Of a DNA stretch of 64,000 nucleotides, positions 38,923 to 49,488 are shown piece by piece; the first letter of the stretch is position 1; every line of letters begins with the position of its first letter. The position numbers and the translations under genes were made by a program. Origin of the DNA: Escherichia phage CJ20; the sequence record MT533174.1; one strand, 5' to 3'. Under the pieces are notes generated by a model. The model had not been told where the DNA came from, made no database searches, and saw nothing but the letters and a program-made list of their open reading frames with translations.

Positions 38923-39743
38923 AACCCGTTATTTTAACAGATATTGATGGCGTATGTTTGTCATGGCAGTCAGGCTTGCCTTATTTCGCCCAAAAATACA
39001 ATTTACCCCTGGAACATATCCTTAAGATGATTCAGGATGAAAAATTTGTGACCCCTGGTAAACTGTTCAATTGTGATGAAGAGTTGGGAGCACAGTTGAT
39101 TGAGAAATATAACTGTTCAGATTTTATTCGCTATTTGTCTCCTTACGCAGATGCGTTAAGGGTTATTAATAACCTCAAAGAGCAATATGATTTTGTGGCT
39201 GTTACTGCCCTAGGTGATTCCATTGACGCCCGTCTGAATCGTCAATTCAACCTGAATGCTTTGTTCCCTGGTGCATTTAAAGAAGTGATGATGTGTGGCC
39301 ATACAGCCTCTAAAGAAGAGTTATTCCAGAAAGCGAAGACCAAATATAATGTCGTTTGTTATATTGATGACCTTGCACACCATTGCGACCATGCGAGTGA
39401 AATCCTTGAAGTCCCGGTTTATTGGATGGCCCGTGGCGAACGTGATGCTATTCCTAAAACAGCTTCCAAAGTTTTTAATTGGGACGATATTGCTGGACAG
39501 CTTAAACTGAAACACAAAGATGAACCAGTCAAACCAGAATTCACCCCTGATGAACTCCGTAAACTGGAAGAGTTGTTTCGTGAAACTCGCCGTCTTCAAC
39601 AACAAATGCAACAAGGCTGGCAGCCAGGTCAACCATGGACCCCTGGATATAATCCAGCATATCCATATCAATATGGCCCACGCGTAGGTACTGGCATTGA
39701 ATATTGGTACAATCAACCGACTGGTGGCCAAGGGGGTAATTGA
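38919..39743 (+). CDS. HAD-superfamily hydrolase-like protein with Gln/Pro/Gly/Tyr-rich C-terminal tail (274 aa)
   Basis: N-terminal LTDIDGV (DxDG HAD motif I); low-complexity tail QQQMQQGWQPGQPWTPGYNPAYPYQYGP. Confidence 0.45.
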   Translation: MKPVILTDIDGVCLSWQSGLPYFAQKYNLPLEHILKMIQDEKFVTPGKLFNCDEELGAQLIEKYNCSDFIRYLSPYADALRVINNLKEQYDFVAVTALGDSIDARLNRQFNLNALFPGAFKEVMMCGHTASKEELFQKAKTKYNVVCYIDDLAHHCDHASEILEVPVYWMARGERDAIPKTASKVFNWDDIAGQLKLKHKDEPVKPEFTPDELRKLEELFRETRRLQQQMQQGWQPGQPWTPGYNPAYPYQYGPRVGTGIEYWYNQPTGGQGGN

Positions 39744-40021
39744 TGTTTGTCGTTCATACTATTTCTGATTACGGTCCTACTACTACCATGGATTATGGCC
39801 ATGTTAATCAGTTTATTCGTCATGTGAATCATGATTACTCGTTTGATATTAACCCAGCCAAAGACCATCCGGTTTGGCGTGAATGTGTTGAGCAAGGGTT
39901 TATCTATGTTCACTTTATGTCTAAGTTTAAACCAGATGGGCGAATGAGATTTGTGTTCACTTATCACAAACGCCTGGATTTGCTTTTGGAAGATGTGGCA
40001 TATAATAGAGCCAACGACTAA
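39740..40021 (+). CDS. hypothetical protein (93 aa)
   Basis: ATGA overlap with previous ORF. Confidence 0.45.
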   Translation: MMFVVHTISDYGPTTTMDYGHVNQFIRHVNHDYSFDINPAKDHPVWRECVEQGFIYVHFMSKFKPDGRMRFVFTYHKRLDLLLEDVAYNRAND

Positions 40022-40030
40022 GAGGTGATT

Positions 40031-41563
40031 ATGATTTTAGATATTTTAAATGAAATTGCTGCAACCGATTCCACTAAAGAGAAACAAGCTATCCTGGAAT
40101 CATATTCTGACAATGAAACCCTTAAACGCGTGTATCGTTTGACATATTCCAAAGGCATCCAGTTCTATATTAAGAAATGGCCAAAACCTGGGACAACGAC
40201 TCAAAGCTTTGGTATGCTGAATATCGATGATATGCTTGACTTTATCGAATTCACATTAGCCTCTCGTAAATTAACAGGTAATGCTGCAATCGAGGAATTA
40301 TCTGGCTATATTGCTGATGGTAAAAAGGCTGATGTTGAAGTCCTGCGGCGTGTTATGATGCGTGACCTGGAATGTGGGGCATCCGTATCAATTGCAAATA
40401 AGGTTTGGAAAGGTTTAATTCCTGAACAACCGCAGATGCTCGCTTCTTCCTATGATGAAGCCGGTATTGCCAAGAACATTAAGTTCCCGGCCTTTGCGCA
40501 ATTGAAAGCCGACGGCGCTCGGTGTTTTGCAGAAGTTCGTGGCGATGAGTTGGATGATGTTCGATTGTTATCCCGAGCTGGCAACGAATACCTCAAGCTT
40601 GACCTTCTTAAAAAGGAATTGATTGAAGCTACCCGTGAAGCGCGTGAGAGACATCCTGAGGGCGTTTTGATTGACGGTGAGTTAGTATATCATGAACAGA
40701 AAATAGCTCCCCAGAATGACGGTTTGGGCTTCCTTTTTGACGATTCAGATGAGATTGCCCCTGCACAAGAAACTGCGGAATCAAGAACCTTTTCAAATGG
40801 TCTGGCAAACAAATCATTGAAAGGAACTATTTCGGCAGCAGAAGCTTCTTGCATGAAATTCCAGGTTTGGGATTATGTTCCGCTGATTGAAGTCTATTCT
40901 GATGTTAAGATTCTCAATCCGTTGAAATACGATGTGCGTTTTGCTGTTCTGGAAAAAATGATTGCAGATAACGTGGTGCTGCATGGTTTTGACCGCATGA
41001 TTCTGATTGAAAACCATGTTGTTAACAATCTCGATGAAGCGAAGGTTATCTATAAGAAATATGTGGATGAAGGTCTTGAAGGTATTATCCTTAAGAACAT
41101 GGCATCGATTTGGGAAAACAAGCGCTCAAAGAACTTGTACAAGTTCAAAGAAGTAATTGACATTGCAATGGAAATCATTGGATATTACGAGCACGATAAA
41201 GACCCGGATAAGATTGGCGGTGTTGTGCTTCGTTCTTCTTGTGGTAAGATTACAAATAACTGTGGTTCTGGGTTTAAAGACACAACTCAAGTTAAAGATA
41301 AGAAAACCAAAAAATGGGTTACTATTCCGATTGAGGAGCGTCATGAAATGGACCGTGAAGCCTTGATGGTTAAAGCTCGTAAAGGTGAATTGGTTGGAAT
41401 GATTGCTGACTGTGAATGTAATGGTTGGTTGACTTCCGAAACTCGTAAAGATAATACGGTTGCATTGTTCCTGCCGATTATCAAAGGGTTCCGTTTCGAT
41501 AAAGACCATGCAGACACATTCGAAGATGTATTTGGCGACTGGGCAAAGACCGGGTTAAAATAA
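40031..41563 (+). CDS. 30: ATP-dependent DNA ligase (510 aa)
   Basis: Adenylylation motif KADGAR; long blocks matching recalled T4 gp30; ATG at 40031 preferred over GTG at 40025. Confidence 0.9.
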   Translation: MILDILNEIAATDSTKEKQAILESYSDNETLKRVYRLTYSKGIQFYIKKWPKPGTTTQSFGMLNIDDMLDFIEFTLASRKLTGNAAIEELSGYIADGKKADVEVLRRVMMRDLECGASVSIANKVWKGLIPEQPQMLASSYDEAGIAKNIKFPAFAQLKADGARCFAEVRGDELDDVRLLSRAGNEYLKLDLLKKELIEATREARERHPEGVLIDGELVYHEQKIAPQNDGLGFLFDDSDEIAPAQETAESRTFSNGLANKSLKGTISAAEASCMKFQVWDYVPLIEVYSDVKILNPLKYDVRFAVLEKMIADNVVLHGFDRMILIENHVVNNLDEAKVIYKKYVDEGLEGIILKNMASIWENKRSKNLYKFKEVIDIAMEIIGYYEHDKDPDKIGGVVLRSSCGKITNNCGSGFKDTTQVKDKKTKKWVTIPIEERHEMDREALMVKARKGELVGMIADCECNGWLTSETRKDNTVALFLPIIKGFRFDKDHADTFEDVFGDWAKTGLK

Positions 41564-41565
41564 CA

Positions 41566-41586
41566 AAGGGCTTCGGCCCTTTTTAG
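41566..41586 (+). terminator. rho-independent terminator after gene 30 (GGGC-UUCG-GCCC + U-run)
   Basis: GC hairpin with UUCG loop and T-run. Confidence 0.65.
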
Positions 41587-41619
41587 TATAAATACATCAT
41601 ATTTTATAAGGAACCTATT

Positions 41620-43680
41620 ATGTCTGAACAATTAAATGAACTCTTTGACAAATATATCGAAGCCTTCGGTTATCCTGTCATTAATATGAACCCAAAATAC
41701 AAGGTCCCACAGGTTTGGCAATTCGGTGTTCCTGGGACCAATTCTCTTATGGCTCGTTTGATGCAATTCACGGGCAAAGAAACAGTTAAACAGTATAAAC
41801 GCGGTGATGCAATTGCCGAGGTATTCCTGCTCTCCGGGACTTCACATGGCCATGCTGTTCCTCTGAAGGGTGGTCTAGGTGAAAAACCTCTTGATGCAAT
41901 TAACCTGATTTTTGTTACAGTGTGGGAAAGCATTAAACTGGGCAAACCTGATGTAGTCTTGTTCCGTTTCCCATCCAAAAAGATGAAAGGACAAGACCAA
42001 GCTGTTATTCGTATTATGAATCGACTGATTCAAATGAAAACCAGCGGGCGTTATCATGTTCTTCCGAATGCTTCTGGCCTCGGTAAAAAGAACGCTTATG
42101 TAATTATGTACAAAAAGGGTGTTGACCTGCTTTCGGTTGATGGTATGCCACCAGTCCCTGAGAAATATCAAAAAGTTGAAACTAAAGTTGGCGATGTATT
42201 CACCAATAAAGATACAGGTGCTCAAGTCTCCAAACAAGAAATCGCAGCCGAAGTTCTGATTGACGCAGCAAACAAAAAGACCGACGCTGCTGTTGCCCAG
42301 AAAACTAAAATCAGTCGCCGAGCTATTGCACAAGCCCAGTACGCACCAAGTGATTCCGTGCCAGAAGGTTGGGACGAAATTGATGCAGAAGCTGCTAAGT
42401 TTAGTCGACCGGCTACGGCAGAACTTATCGATGATTATGAAGAACTGGAAATTTTTGTTCGACCTTCCGAAACGAATACTATGGCTCGTATGCGCGCAGC
42501 AGATGAGGCTATGCGAGCAAATGGTGTTTGGAAAGAAGAAATTCGTGTTGAAGACTCTGACCCAATTTTTAACCGTATGCATCGTGAACTTAAACGTGCC
42601 CCTGTTGGCAGTATGAAGCAGATGCAGATTTTTGCCGAATCATGTGCCGAGATTCTTAACCTTCGCAAAGCTGCATTTATCGAAAGAAAAATGAATGATG
42701 CTCCTCCTAACCTGGATGCAGCCACTTATGCAGCCTCGCTCTGGGAAAAAGAATACACAAGCGCCATTCGTGTTGCAGTTAAAGACTTTGCCGAAGAAGC
42801 ATCAGAAAACACTCTTAATTTCACAGCAGGGTATACTGACAACCGTTTCCATTATGGCCAGCGAGAAGCAATTGCAGATTATTGTGGAGCAAACTATGCT
42901 GATATTAATAATTATTTGATGGGCAAATATTATGAAGAAGAAGCTGAATTCCTAAATCTAGACAGAGTTGTCGAAACAATTAAGGAATTGGATTCGGCCT
43001 TTGAAATTGGACATAAGTTGCCGCCTAATACAACTCTTTGGCGTGGTCAATATTTAAATGTTCCTACATTTGATAAAATTAAGCAATCGAAATTATTTTA
43101 TTTCAGGAACTATGTATCAACGTCGTTTAAACCGATTATCTTTGGTGGTTGGGTGGCGAACGTTGCTATGGCTGCAGTTCATCAGGACTATCGTGATGGG
43201 ACATCTTTCCAGGCTGATGACGAAATTGTTTTACCAGATATGCCGGATGCACGCCGCGACCACGTAATGATGCATGTTGGTTGGAAAATTTCTGGGGCGG
43301 ACTTAATTAACGTAATTGTTCCTGGGGAATTGTCAGGCAACCCATCCGAGCAGGAAGTTATTCTTCCGCGTGGAACTGTAGTTAAGATTACCAAAATTAC
43401 TGATGCTTCGTATCAAGGAAACGCGAACGTCAAAATGCTGGAAGCTGATATCCAGACTACGGACCAACTGGATGAAAATGCAGTTATCTATGATGGTGAT
43501 GTGTTGATGGAAACTGGTGAGCTTGTCGTTTATCAGGGCAAGGAAACAGAAGAGCCAGCAGAATCTGTTGACTTTGCATCGTTTGCATCCTCTGGGGTAA
43601 CGAAGAAAGTCAATCAAGGTCTTGGTATTCTTGCTAGTTGTATTAATTTGGAAGCTATTCCTCCTAAATTCCTTTCGTAG
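41620..43680 (+). CDS. alt: Alt-like ADP-ribosyltransferase (686 aa)
   Basis: C-terminal ART triad R (LWRGQ) / STS (YVSTSF) / ExE-like (SEQEVILPRG); size and position next to gene 30 as T4 Alt. Confidence 0.65.
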   Translation: MSEQLNELFDKYIEAFGYPVINMNPKYKVPQVWQFGVPGTNSLMARLMQFTGKETVKQYKRGDAIAEVFLLSGTSHGHAVPLKGGLGEKPLDAINLIFVTVWESIKLGKPDVVLFRFPSKKMKGQDQAVIRIMNRLIQMKTSGRYHVLPNASGLGKKNAYVIMYKKGVDLLSVDGMPPVPEKYQKVETKVGDVFTNKDTGAQVSKQEIAAEVLIDAANKKTDAAVAQKTKISRRAIAQAQYAPSDSVPEGWDEIDAEAAKFSRPATAELIDDYEELEIFVRPSETNTMARMRAADEAMRANGVWKEEIRVEDSDPIFNRMHRELKRAPVGSMKQMQIFAESCAEILNLRKAAFIERKMNDAPPNLDAATYAASLWEKEYTSAIRVAVKDFAEEASENTLNFTAGYTDNRFHYGQREAIADYCGANYADINNYLMGKYYEEEAEFLNLDRVVETIKELDSAFEIGHKLPPNTTLWRGQYLNVPTFDKIKQSKLFYFRNYVSTSFKPIIFGGWVANVAMAAVHQDYRDGTSFQADDEIVLPDMPDARRDHVMMHVGWKISGADLINVIVPGELSGNPSEQEVILPRGTVVKITKITDASYQGNANVKMLEADIQTTDQLDENAVIYDGDVLMETGELVVYQGKETEEPAESVDFASFASSGVTKKVNQGLGILASCINLEAIPPKFLS

Positions 43681-43682
43681 GG

Positions 43683-43712
43683 GTTTACAAGCACAAGGAA
43701 GTGCGATACAAT
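43683..43712 (+). promoter_or_regulatory. T4-type early promoter (GTTTACA-N17-TACAAT)
   Basis: Consensus -35 and spacing, weaker -10. Confidence 0.5.
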
Positions 43713-43743
43713 GTTCATATCAATTGCACATGAGGAAAATAAA

Positions 43744-44034
43744 ATGAAATCATCTTTTCGCTTTAATGGTCAGGAACTGGTAGTTGAGAATGTTATCCCG
43801 GCTTCAGAAGAGTTTGACAGCGCGGTGGGTAATGAACTGCGGCGCGTGTTTGGCGAAGATAAGAAGTTTGACCTTCGCCCTGTTGAAAACTTTGTAAATT
43901 CTGAACAAACAGAAAATATTTTTAATGGTGTAGTAACTGGGCAACTTGAATCTGAAGCACCAATTGCAATTACAGTATTTGTTAAGAAAGAAGCTGTCAT
44001 GACTGCAACAGGTTTCATTTCATTCCGCAAATAA
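43744..44034 (+). CDS. hypothetical protein (96 aa)
   Basis: GAGGAAAATAAA RBS + ATG after early promoter. Confidence 0.45.
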   Translation: MKSSFRFNGQELVVENVIPASEEFDSAVGNELRRVFGEDKKFDLRPVENFVNSEQTENIFNGVVTGQLESEAPIAITVFVKKEAVMTATGFISFRK

Positions 44035-44064
44035 AAAAGGGACCTTCGGGTCCCTTTCTTTTTA
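44033..44064. terminator. bidirectional rho-independent terminator (A-run, GGGACC-UUCG-GGUCCC, T-run)
   Basis: Sits between convergent ORF 43744-44034 (+) and gene 54 (-). Confidence 0.75.
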
Positions 44065-44073
44065 TAATATACG

Positions 44074-45006
44074 TTAACTTCTCCCAGAACCAGTAAACGT
44101 ATTGTATAGACTTGTTAATCCAGATTGAGCACCAGACAAGCGACTCAATTTGGCAACTTCTGCGTTCAAGTTGTTATCTGAACTAATACCAGATACACCT
44201 TTAATAACCTTATCTTCCAACCATTCCAATGCAGCAGCTCTTCCCACCGCACCAGTTGACATAACGCGATAAGCAAAAGTTACATCAAATGTAGCTATCT
44301 GATTATCCCCTTCATAGCTCAATTCAGGCGCTGATACACTTACAGGAACACAACCGGTTAACATAACAACCGTATGTGGTAACCCATTACGCGAATGAAG
44401 GTTAACCTGAATATCAGCTTCAACGTCTTCAGGCAAAGCCCTTAGTTGGGTAACTGGGTCCTGTACAGAGTTAACCCAATCGTTAAATGCTCTGAAGTTC
44501 CCCGCCTCTGAATCCATTCTAAAGCTCAATACCAACGGAGAATATTCTCTCCCTGTTATCTTGATATTTGGCGCATTATGGTTAAGGTCCATTTCGTAGT
44601 TCAATGTGTTATCCGGAAGCTTAACAGAGTGAACTAATAGACCAGCCGTTGGATAAGCCATATTAAAGAAATCAAGCAGGTAAGTACCAACCTCAAATTC
44701 CCCTAATAATGATTGCACAACACGGTTACTCATTGCACCGATAAGATATTTGCTTATCCCTGATTTACGAATAAGCTTTTGTGTTCCGGCAGTAACAAGA
44801 GTTGTTATCCCTTGAGTTAAGTCACCTTGTGTTAATCCGAACCAATCTGAGTTAACAGGAAGGTTGCTGAATAATGCGCCACCAAACTGGTCCAGAAGAT
44901 TCTGAGATTTAGAGGAAGGTGCGGTCGCGAAGACCACACTAAAAAGGTTATTCCTTTGCAAGTCGATATTAATCGCTTGTGTTTGAAATTCTTGTAAAGT
45001 AAACAT
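44074..45006 (-). CDS. 54: baseplate tail-tube initiator gp54 (310 aa)
   Basis: Size and order 54-48-29-28-27-51 as in T4. Confidence 0.75.
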   Translation of the reverse strand: MFTLQEFQTQAINIDLQRNNLFSVVFATAPSSKSQNLLDQFGGALFSNLPVNSDWFGLTQGDLTQGITTLVTAGTQKLIRKSGISKYLIGAMSNRVVQSLLGEFEVGTYLLDFFNMAYPTAGLLVHSVKLPDNTLNYEMDLNHNAPNIKITGREYSPLVLSFRMDSEAGNFRAFNDWVNSVQDPVTQLRALPEDVEADIQVNLHSRNGLPHTVVMLTGCVPVSVSAPELSYEGDNQIATFDVTFAYRVMSTGAVGRAAALEWLEDKVIKGVSGISSDNNLNAEVAKLSRLSGAQSGLTSLYNTFTGSGRS

Positions 45007-46100
45007 TAGAAACCTTCCGCATATAATGAGCCACGGTTAAGCGTAATGATTTCACGGAAAGTGATTTCAAGTACAAAAGTCGATGGCAGGTTAGGAGCAA
45101 TAGCCAATCCACCGAAATGACCATCTGGGGATTTATCGAATCTTATGCTCTGAATCTGACACGGCCCAAATAGCTCCCCGCGACCATCATACGAGCTTGT
45201 ATCGCCAAAGTTGCGGATATACCAAATGGTAGGGTTAGAGACCACCAGAACGTTCGTTAGGAAGCTTGTTATCTCTTCACCGAGCAACTTGCCGTCAAAG
45301 TTATCGATTGCTTCCTTTTTGAAGGTGGATTTATACCATGTATCGATTTTTTCTTTCAGCTCGGAAGCAAACGAACTTTTACCAGTTTCCCCATAGGAGT
45401 AATAGTTAAAAATCTCGTATATCTTCACTATCTGGATTAAGTCCTGGGCTGAACGTGGTGTCATTTCCCATGTGTAAACTTTTGTCCTGTTATCCGGGCC
45501 AGCGTACATGCTTCTTGCCGTTGTGTAAATCTGTTCACCGTGGTCGGCCATTACACCGTTTGTAACTGATTCGAGTGCGCCGAAAACTGCAGTCGATGCA
45601 ATGTTACTAAGAATGCCAGTAGCTGAGCCACCACCTTTCGTAATAAGAGACTCACCAACATCGTTGAATCGATGCGATACGGATTCTACATCAGACTTCG
45701 AACGAGGCAACAGGATATTTGCAACAGCGTTCGAATCAAAACTTTTACCTGTTGAACCGGCTCCGGTTAATTTTGATTTAGCAAAAGATGTTAAACTTTT
45801 AACCGGGTTAAATGAAGCACCGTTGGAAACTTTCTTTAATGAAGTCAATTGGCTTGACCTGTCTGAGCGTAATTCCGGAGATGTTCTTGAACTGAAATTG
45901 TATGCCGTGAATAACAGACCATTTTTATAAAGGTCATTAACTCGCATATCATCTGAAGAATCATTACCGGAAGCTCGTTCTGCTGGATATTGCGCCACAA
46001 TAGTAGCTTGAGTCTGGGCAGCTTTTGACTGCCCAGCGGAGGTCTTAGAACCTCCGTTAAATAAACCCGCAATATCAATATCGAGTTCTTTTACTTTCAT
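45006..46100 (-). CDS. 48: baseplate tail-tube cap gp48 (364 aa)
   Basis: Same length as T4 gp48; position. Confidence 0.75.
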   Translation of the reverse strand: MKVKELDIDIAGLFNGGSKTSAGQSKAAQTQATIVAQYPAERASGNDSSDDMRVNDLYKNGLLFTAYNFSSRTSPELRSDRSSQLTSLKKVSNGASFNPVKSLTSFAKSKLTGAGSTGKSFDSNAVANILLPRSKSDVESVSHRFNDVGESLITKGGGSATGILSNIASTAVFGALESVTNGVMADHGEQIYTTARSMYAGPDNRTKVYTWEMTPRSAQDLIQIVKIYEIFNYYSYGETGKSSFASELKEKIDTWYKSTFKKEAIDNFDGKLLGEEITSFLTNVLVVSNPTIWYIRNFGDTSSYDGRGELFGPCQIQSIRFDKSPDGHFGGLAIAPNLPSTFVLEITFREIITLNRGSLYAEGF

Positions 46101-46108
46101 GTTATTCC

Positions 46109-47854
46109 TTAGTTAATTCTCGTGGCCTGTCTCATGCCAGGGGCAGGGGTTGAACTTTGAGGAGGCATATTGTATTGCGTCCTGGAAGTCTTCTGAATAT
46201 TATTGACCGTGTTAATTTGTGCCTGAGCCGGTGCATCCTTGTATTTATTTTCTTTGGCCTTCATGCCTTCGTCAACCTTCGCAGCTTGTTGTGCATCCGG
46301 AGAAGTCTTAACATCCGGCGGTTTAACTTTCGGTTCGTCTTTGAACTTCTCAAGAGACTTATCAAGTTTTTCCAACAGGGCGCGCATATTCAGGTCTTTC
46401 GGAGCTCCACCTTTTGCCATAGCAGGGTCAGCTAATTGTTTTTCAATGTTAGCTCTCATTTCCAGCGCATTCTTTTTATCGGTTGCGTCTGGCTTCATTA
46501 GATTGTCGGCAGTTTGGGTCAAACGAATAATATCAGCCTGTGCTTTGTCACGCTTCTTGAAATAGTCCAGACGTTCTTCTTCCGGAAGGTCTCTGAAGCT
46601 TGTGTCAATACCGCCTGCGCGAAGTTGGTCAGCTTGTTCCTTGGTAAGATTACCATATTTTTCGGCTTGATTAATTAGTTCAGGTTTATCCTTATACTTC
46701 TTATTCATCTTCTCTGCAGCTTCCATTGCTTCAGCCGAACGTTTGTCATGATATTTTGCTATCTTGGTTTGGTCTTCATCATCCAGAGTTGCCCCTGTAT
46801 TTTGCTGATAAGACATCAAAGCCGAGGCTTCCACATTATCGGCTAAATCGCCCATCCCAGGGATTTTGCTTAAGATAGCTGAAATCAGTTTCGAAATCCC
46901 AAGCATAAGAAGTTGAGCCATGTTCTTCGTTAAGTTGACCATCCCACGGATAATAGCTTCAGCTAATCCCAACCAATTCTTTTGACTAAACATCGCTTCG
47001 GCGTTCTTAGCCCAGGTCATTAGTCCTTCGAGCAACGGGCCCCATTCTTTGAACTTATTATTAAATTCAACCCATCCTTTTTCGAATTGCTTCATGAAAT
47101 ATTGGAAGTAAACTCGTATCGCATCGATACCGAATACCAACAACAATAATCCACCAATAAGCTTGGCTGCTTCGGCTGCTGCCGTAATTGTATATTTGAA
47201 CAGCATCCCGGAGATTCGGTCAGCTACAGAAATCGATGCCTTAAATCCTTTTTCGGTTATCTTCGAAAGGGTATCAAGCTTATCGCCGAGAGACCAAGTG
47301 TTAGTCTCTTTACCTTCTGCATCATTCTTTGGCTGCTCCGGTTCCGGTATGAAGTCTGCCTCTGGCTTTTGTTCTTCAGGCGGTATGAGCGCCGGAACGC
47401 TCGCTGTGGGCTTATTCTCTTCAGGCTCTGGTAATGCATCCTCAACGGGTTTAAGGCTTTCAGAACCAGCCACAGGAGACGTGACGCCTATTTTACCGCT
47501 TATCATTGCGCTGAGTTTGTCGAGCTTATCTGAGAGAATATCCGTAAGGTTTTTAATCCCTTGTTGAGTCTTCTCGGTGGCTTCGGCCGTCAGTTCGACC
47601 CCAGCACTGATATCCTGGAGAACTCCATTATTGGTTTGGATATTCTCTATAATCTGATTACCCTTATCCTCAATAGCTTCCGATACAAGTTCGGTCGCAG
47701 CCTGAGTATTTGTAAGAGTCGTATTCAGATTCGATAGTTCATCATTCTGTTCAGCAGAGAGGGCTTCCGCCCTCCTTTGTGGTGCTAATTCTTCGATAAG
47801 CTTTTTATTCGGTCCACCACGTCTGAAGCTCGTTTGTTCGGAGTTCTTATTCAT
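46109..47854 (-). CDS. 29: tail tape-measure / baseplate hub protein gp29 (581 aa)
   Basis: Size close to T4 gp29 (590 aa); charged coiled-coil-rich composition; position. Confidence 0.75.
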   Translation of the reverse strand: MNKNSEQTSFRRGGPNKKLIEELAPQRRAEALSAEQNDELSNLNTTLTNTQAATELVSEAIEDKGNQIIENIQTNNGVLQDISAGVELTAEATEKTQQGIKNLTDILSDKLDKLSAMISGKIGVTSPVAGSESLKPVEDALPEPEENKPTASVPALIPPEEQKPEADFIPEPEQPKNDAEGKETNTWSLGDKLDTLSKITEKGFKASISVADRISGMLFKYTITAAAEAAKLIGGLLLLVFGIDAIRVYFQYFMKQFEKGWVEFNNKFKEWGPLLEGLMTWAKNAEAMFSQKNWLGLAEAIIRGMVNLTKNMAQLLMLGISKLISAILSKIPGMGDLADNVEASALMSYQQNTGATLDDEDQTKIAKYHDKRSAEAMEAAEKMNKKYKDKPELINQAEKYGNLTKEQADQLRAGGIDTSFRDLPEEERLDYFKKRDKAQADIIRLTQTADNLMKPDATDKKNALEMRANIEKQLADPAMAKGGAPKDLNMRALLEKLDKSLEKFKDEPKVKPPDVKTSPDAQQAAKVDEGMKAKENKYKDAPAQAQINTVNNIQKTSRTQYNMPPQSSTPAPGMRQATRIN

Positions 47855-48365
47855 TTAGGAGTTCCATTATTTTCAGTAACCCCTTAACAGGACCATTCGG
47901 GCCCGGGATTGCTAATGTGCTTGTGATATCGTCTGCCCACTTAGCAACAAAAGCAGGCATATCCAGAAAGTCTGGAACATCTTCCCCGAGATAAAGGGTC
48001 TCCAGGAGATTGTCAACTGGTCCGAATTCTTCATACGGTTTATTGGAGCGGAATTTAAATGTCTTTCCTTGATAAGAGAATTCAAGGCGCTGACAGATAT
48101 AAACATCATCCAGCTTATATGTAAATCCATTAATCTCGCGTTTGTCTTTTAGCTTACCATTGAATTCCAGAAGATGTAAAGATACAAAGTCGGATTCGGC
48201 TGCTGTAAGATTAGGGAATATCGATTGCATAATCTTTCTTAATGCAACATAAGGATTAGGTTCGTTTTTAATCAGATTGTGATGCTTGAGTCCAAGCTTG
48301 GGCACATGAATCTCTTTATCACCCAGCTGTATTTTCTTCGTCGGCAGAATCAGTTTTAAGTTCAT
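47847..48365 (-). CDS. 28: baseplate hub distal subunit gp28 (about 172 aa)
   Basis: Start at internal Met (MNLKLILP) to limit overlap with gene 27; track ORF extends to 48407. Confidence 0.55.
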   Translation of the reverse strand: MNLKLILPTKKIQLGDKEIHVPKLGLKHHNLIKNEPNPYVALRKIMQSIFPNLTAAESDFVSLHLLEFNGKLKDKREINGFTYKLDDVYICQRLEFSYQGKTFKFRSNKPYEEFGPVDNLLETLYLGEDVPDFLDMPAFVAKWADDITSTLAIPGPNGPVKGLLKIMELLNE

Positions 48366-49488
48366 TTTTAACCTTCGGTGGTTCTTCAACTTCGATAGGC
48401 TTACCATTGGTAAACATATAGAGGTTTGTAATTGATGTATTGTTACTCACTTCATGAATAACTTCGTCTACGTAAAAATCATATTTGAATTGGTTCTTCG
48501 GGTCATAGAAATTTATCTTATCACCCGGGGTTAATTCAAAGTTCCCGTATGTTTTGCAGTGCGCGTAACCATCATATTGAGACATGGTTATTAATCGTTG
48601 TGCTTCCTCGAAACCATTTCGGTATGTGTAATCTGCATAGCCCCCGGAACGAGATACCAGAATGCTGTTTTGTCCTTCCCCAAAAGTTATTCTGGTTGCG
48701 TTCTTATCAAGGAATGAATGCGCGTACACGGTTGCGTTTTCATATGGTTTTCTTGTATGTTGGTTTGCTTTTGTTAACCATTCAAAATCGAAGGCTAACG
48801 GAGTCTCGAGGTTTTGTACAAACTGACCAACCAATCGAGGTTCACCCACCACAAAATTAATCGGCTCTTGTGTGGTTAACCATTCATAATCCTGAATACT
48901 TATGCCATCGATATCTTCCCATACAAATACAAATTTATCAGACTCAACCGCAAGACCTACTTCCCTTATGAATTCCATATATTGGTTCATCGAATCACAC
49001 CATGGAACATTAGGAGCATAAACGTTTATGCCGTTTATCGGAGGAGCAAGTAATGGTCGGTCCTGATAAATTACCCCGGTCATTTCTACTAATGTTTCTT
49101 GTACACTCGGGTAAAACATACGACTAAATTTCAGGTCTTCAATTTCGTGAATAGGCGCCAGTTGAATTGTAATTATGTTATCACCCTTTGAATCCACAGA
49201 AACTGCAAAGTGTTTGCTTCCATATATTCTGGATTGAGTTCGGTCAGAGTTGGCATTCTTAACGGAGACCTGAATAATTTGTTCACCGTTCATTTTTGTA
49301 TGTAAGTTCTTTGTGTCGTAGAATTGCAACAGACCTTCATTTCTTCCGTAAAGAGAATCACGCATGGTCATAGTTGTAAATGTCGCAGCCAGTTCTACAA
49401 AACGGTGTTCGAGCCAGGCATCATAATCTTCGTAAAGGCGTATGCTGATATTAGGAAAGCCTTCACGCTGCATAGATTTAGCTGTCAT
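48319..49488 (-). CDS. 27: baseplate hub subunit gp27 (389 aa)
   Basis: Extensive similarity to recalled T4 gp27 ([33 protein letters not shown]). Confidence 0.85.
   Translation of the reverse strand: MTAKSMQREGFPNISIRLYEDYDAWLEHRFVELAATFTTMTMRDSLYGRNEGLLQFYDTKNLHTKMNGEQIIQVSVKNANSDRTQSRIYGSKHFAVSVDSKGDNIITIQLAPIHEIEDLKFSRMFYPSVQETLVEMTGVIYQDRPLLAPPINGINVYAPNVPWCDSMNQYMEFIREVGLAVESDKFVFVWEDIDGISIQDYEWLTTQEPINFVVGEPRLVGQFVQNLETPLAFDFEWLTKANQHTRKPYENATVYAHSFLDKNATRITFGEGQNSILVSRSGGYADYTYRNGFEEAQRLITMSQYDGYAHCKTYGNFELTPGDKINFYDPKNQFKYDFYVDEVIHEVSNNTSITNLYMFTNGKPIEVEEPPKVKNELKTDSADEENTAG

Noticed and set aside
41875-42582. 235 aa minus-strand ORF
   Set aside because: Antisense to the Alt-like gene; no independent support.
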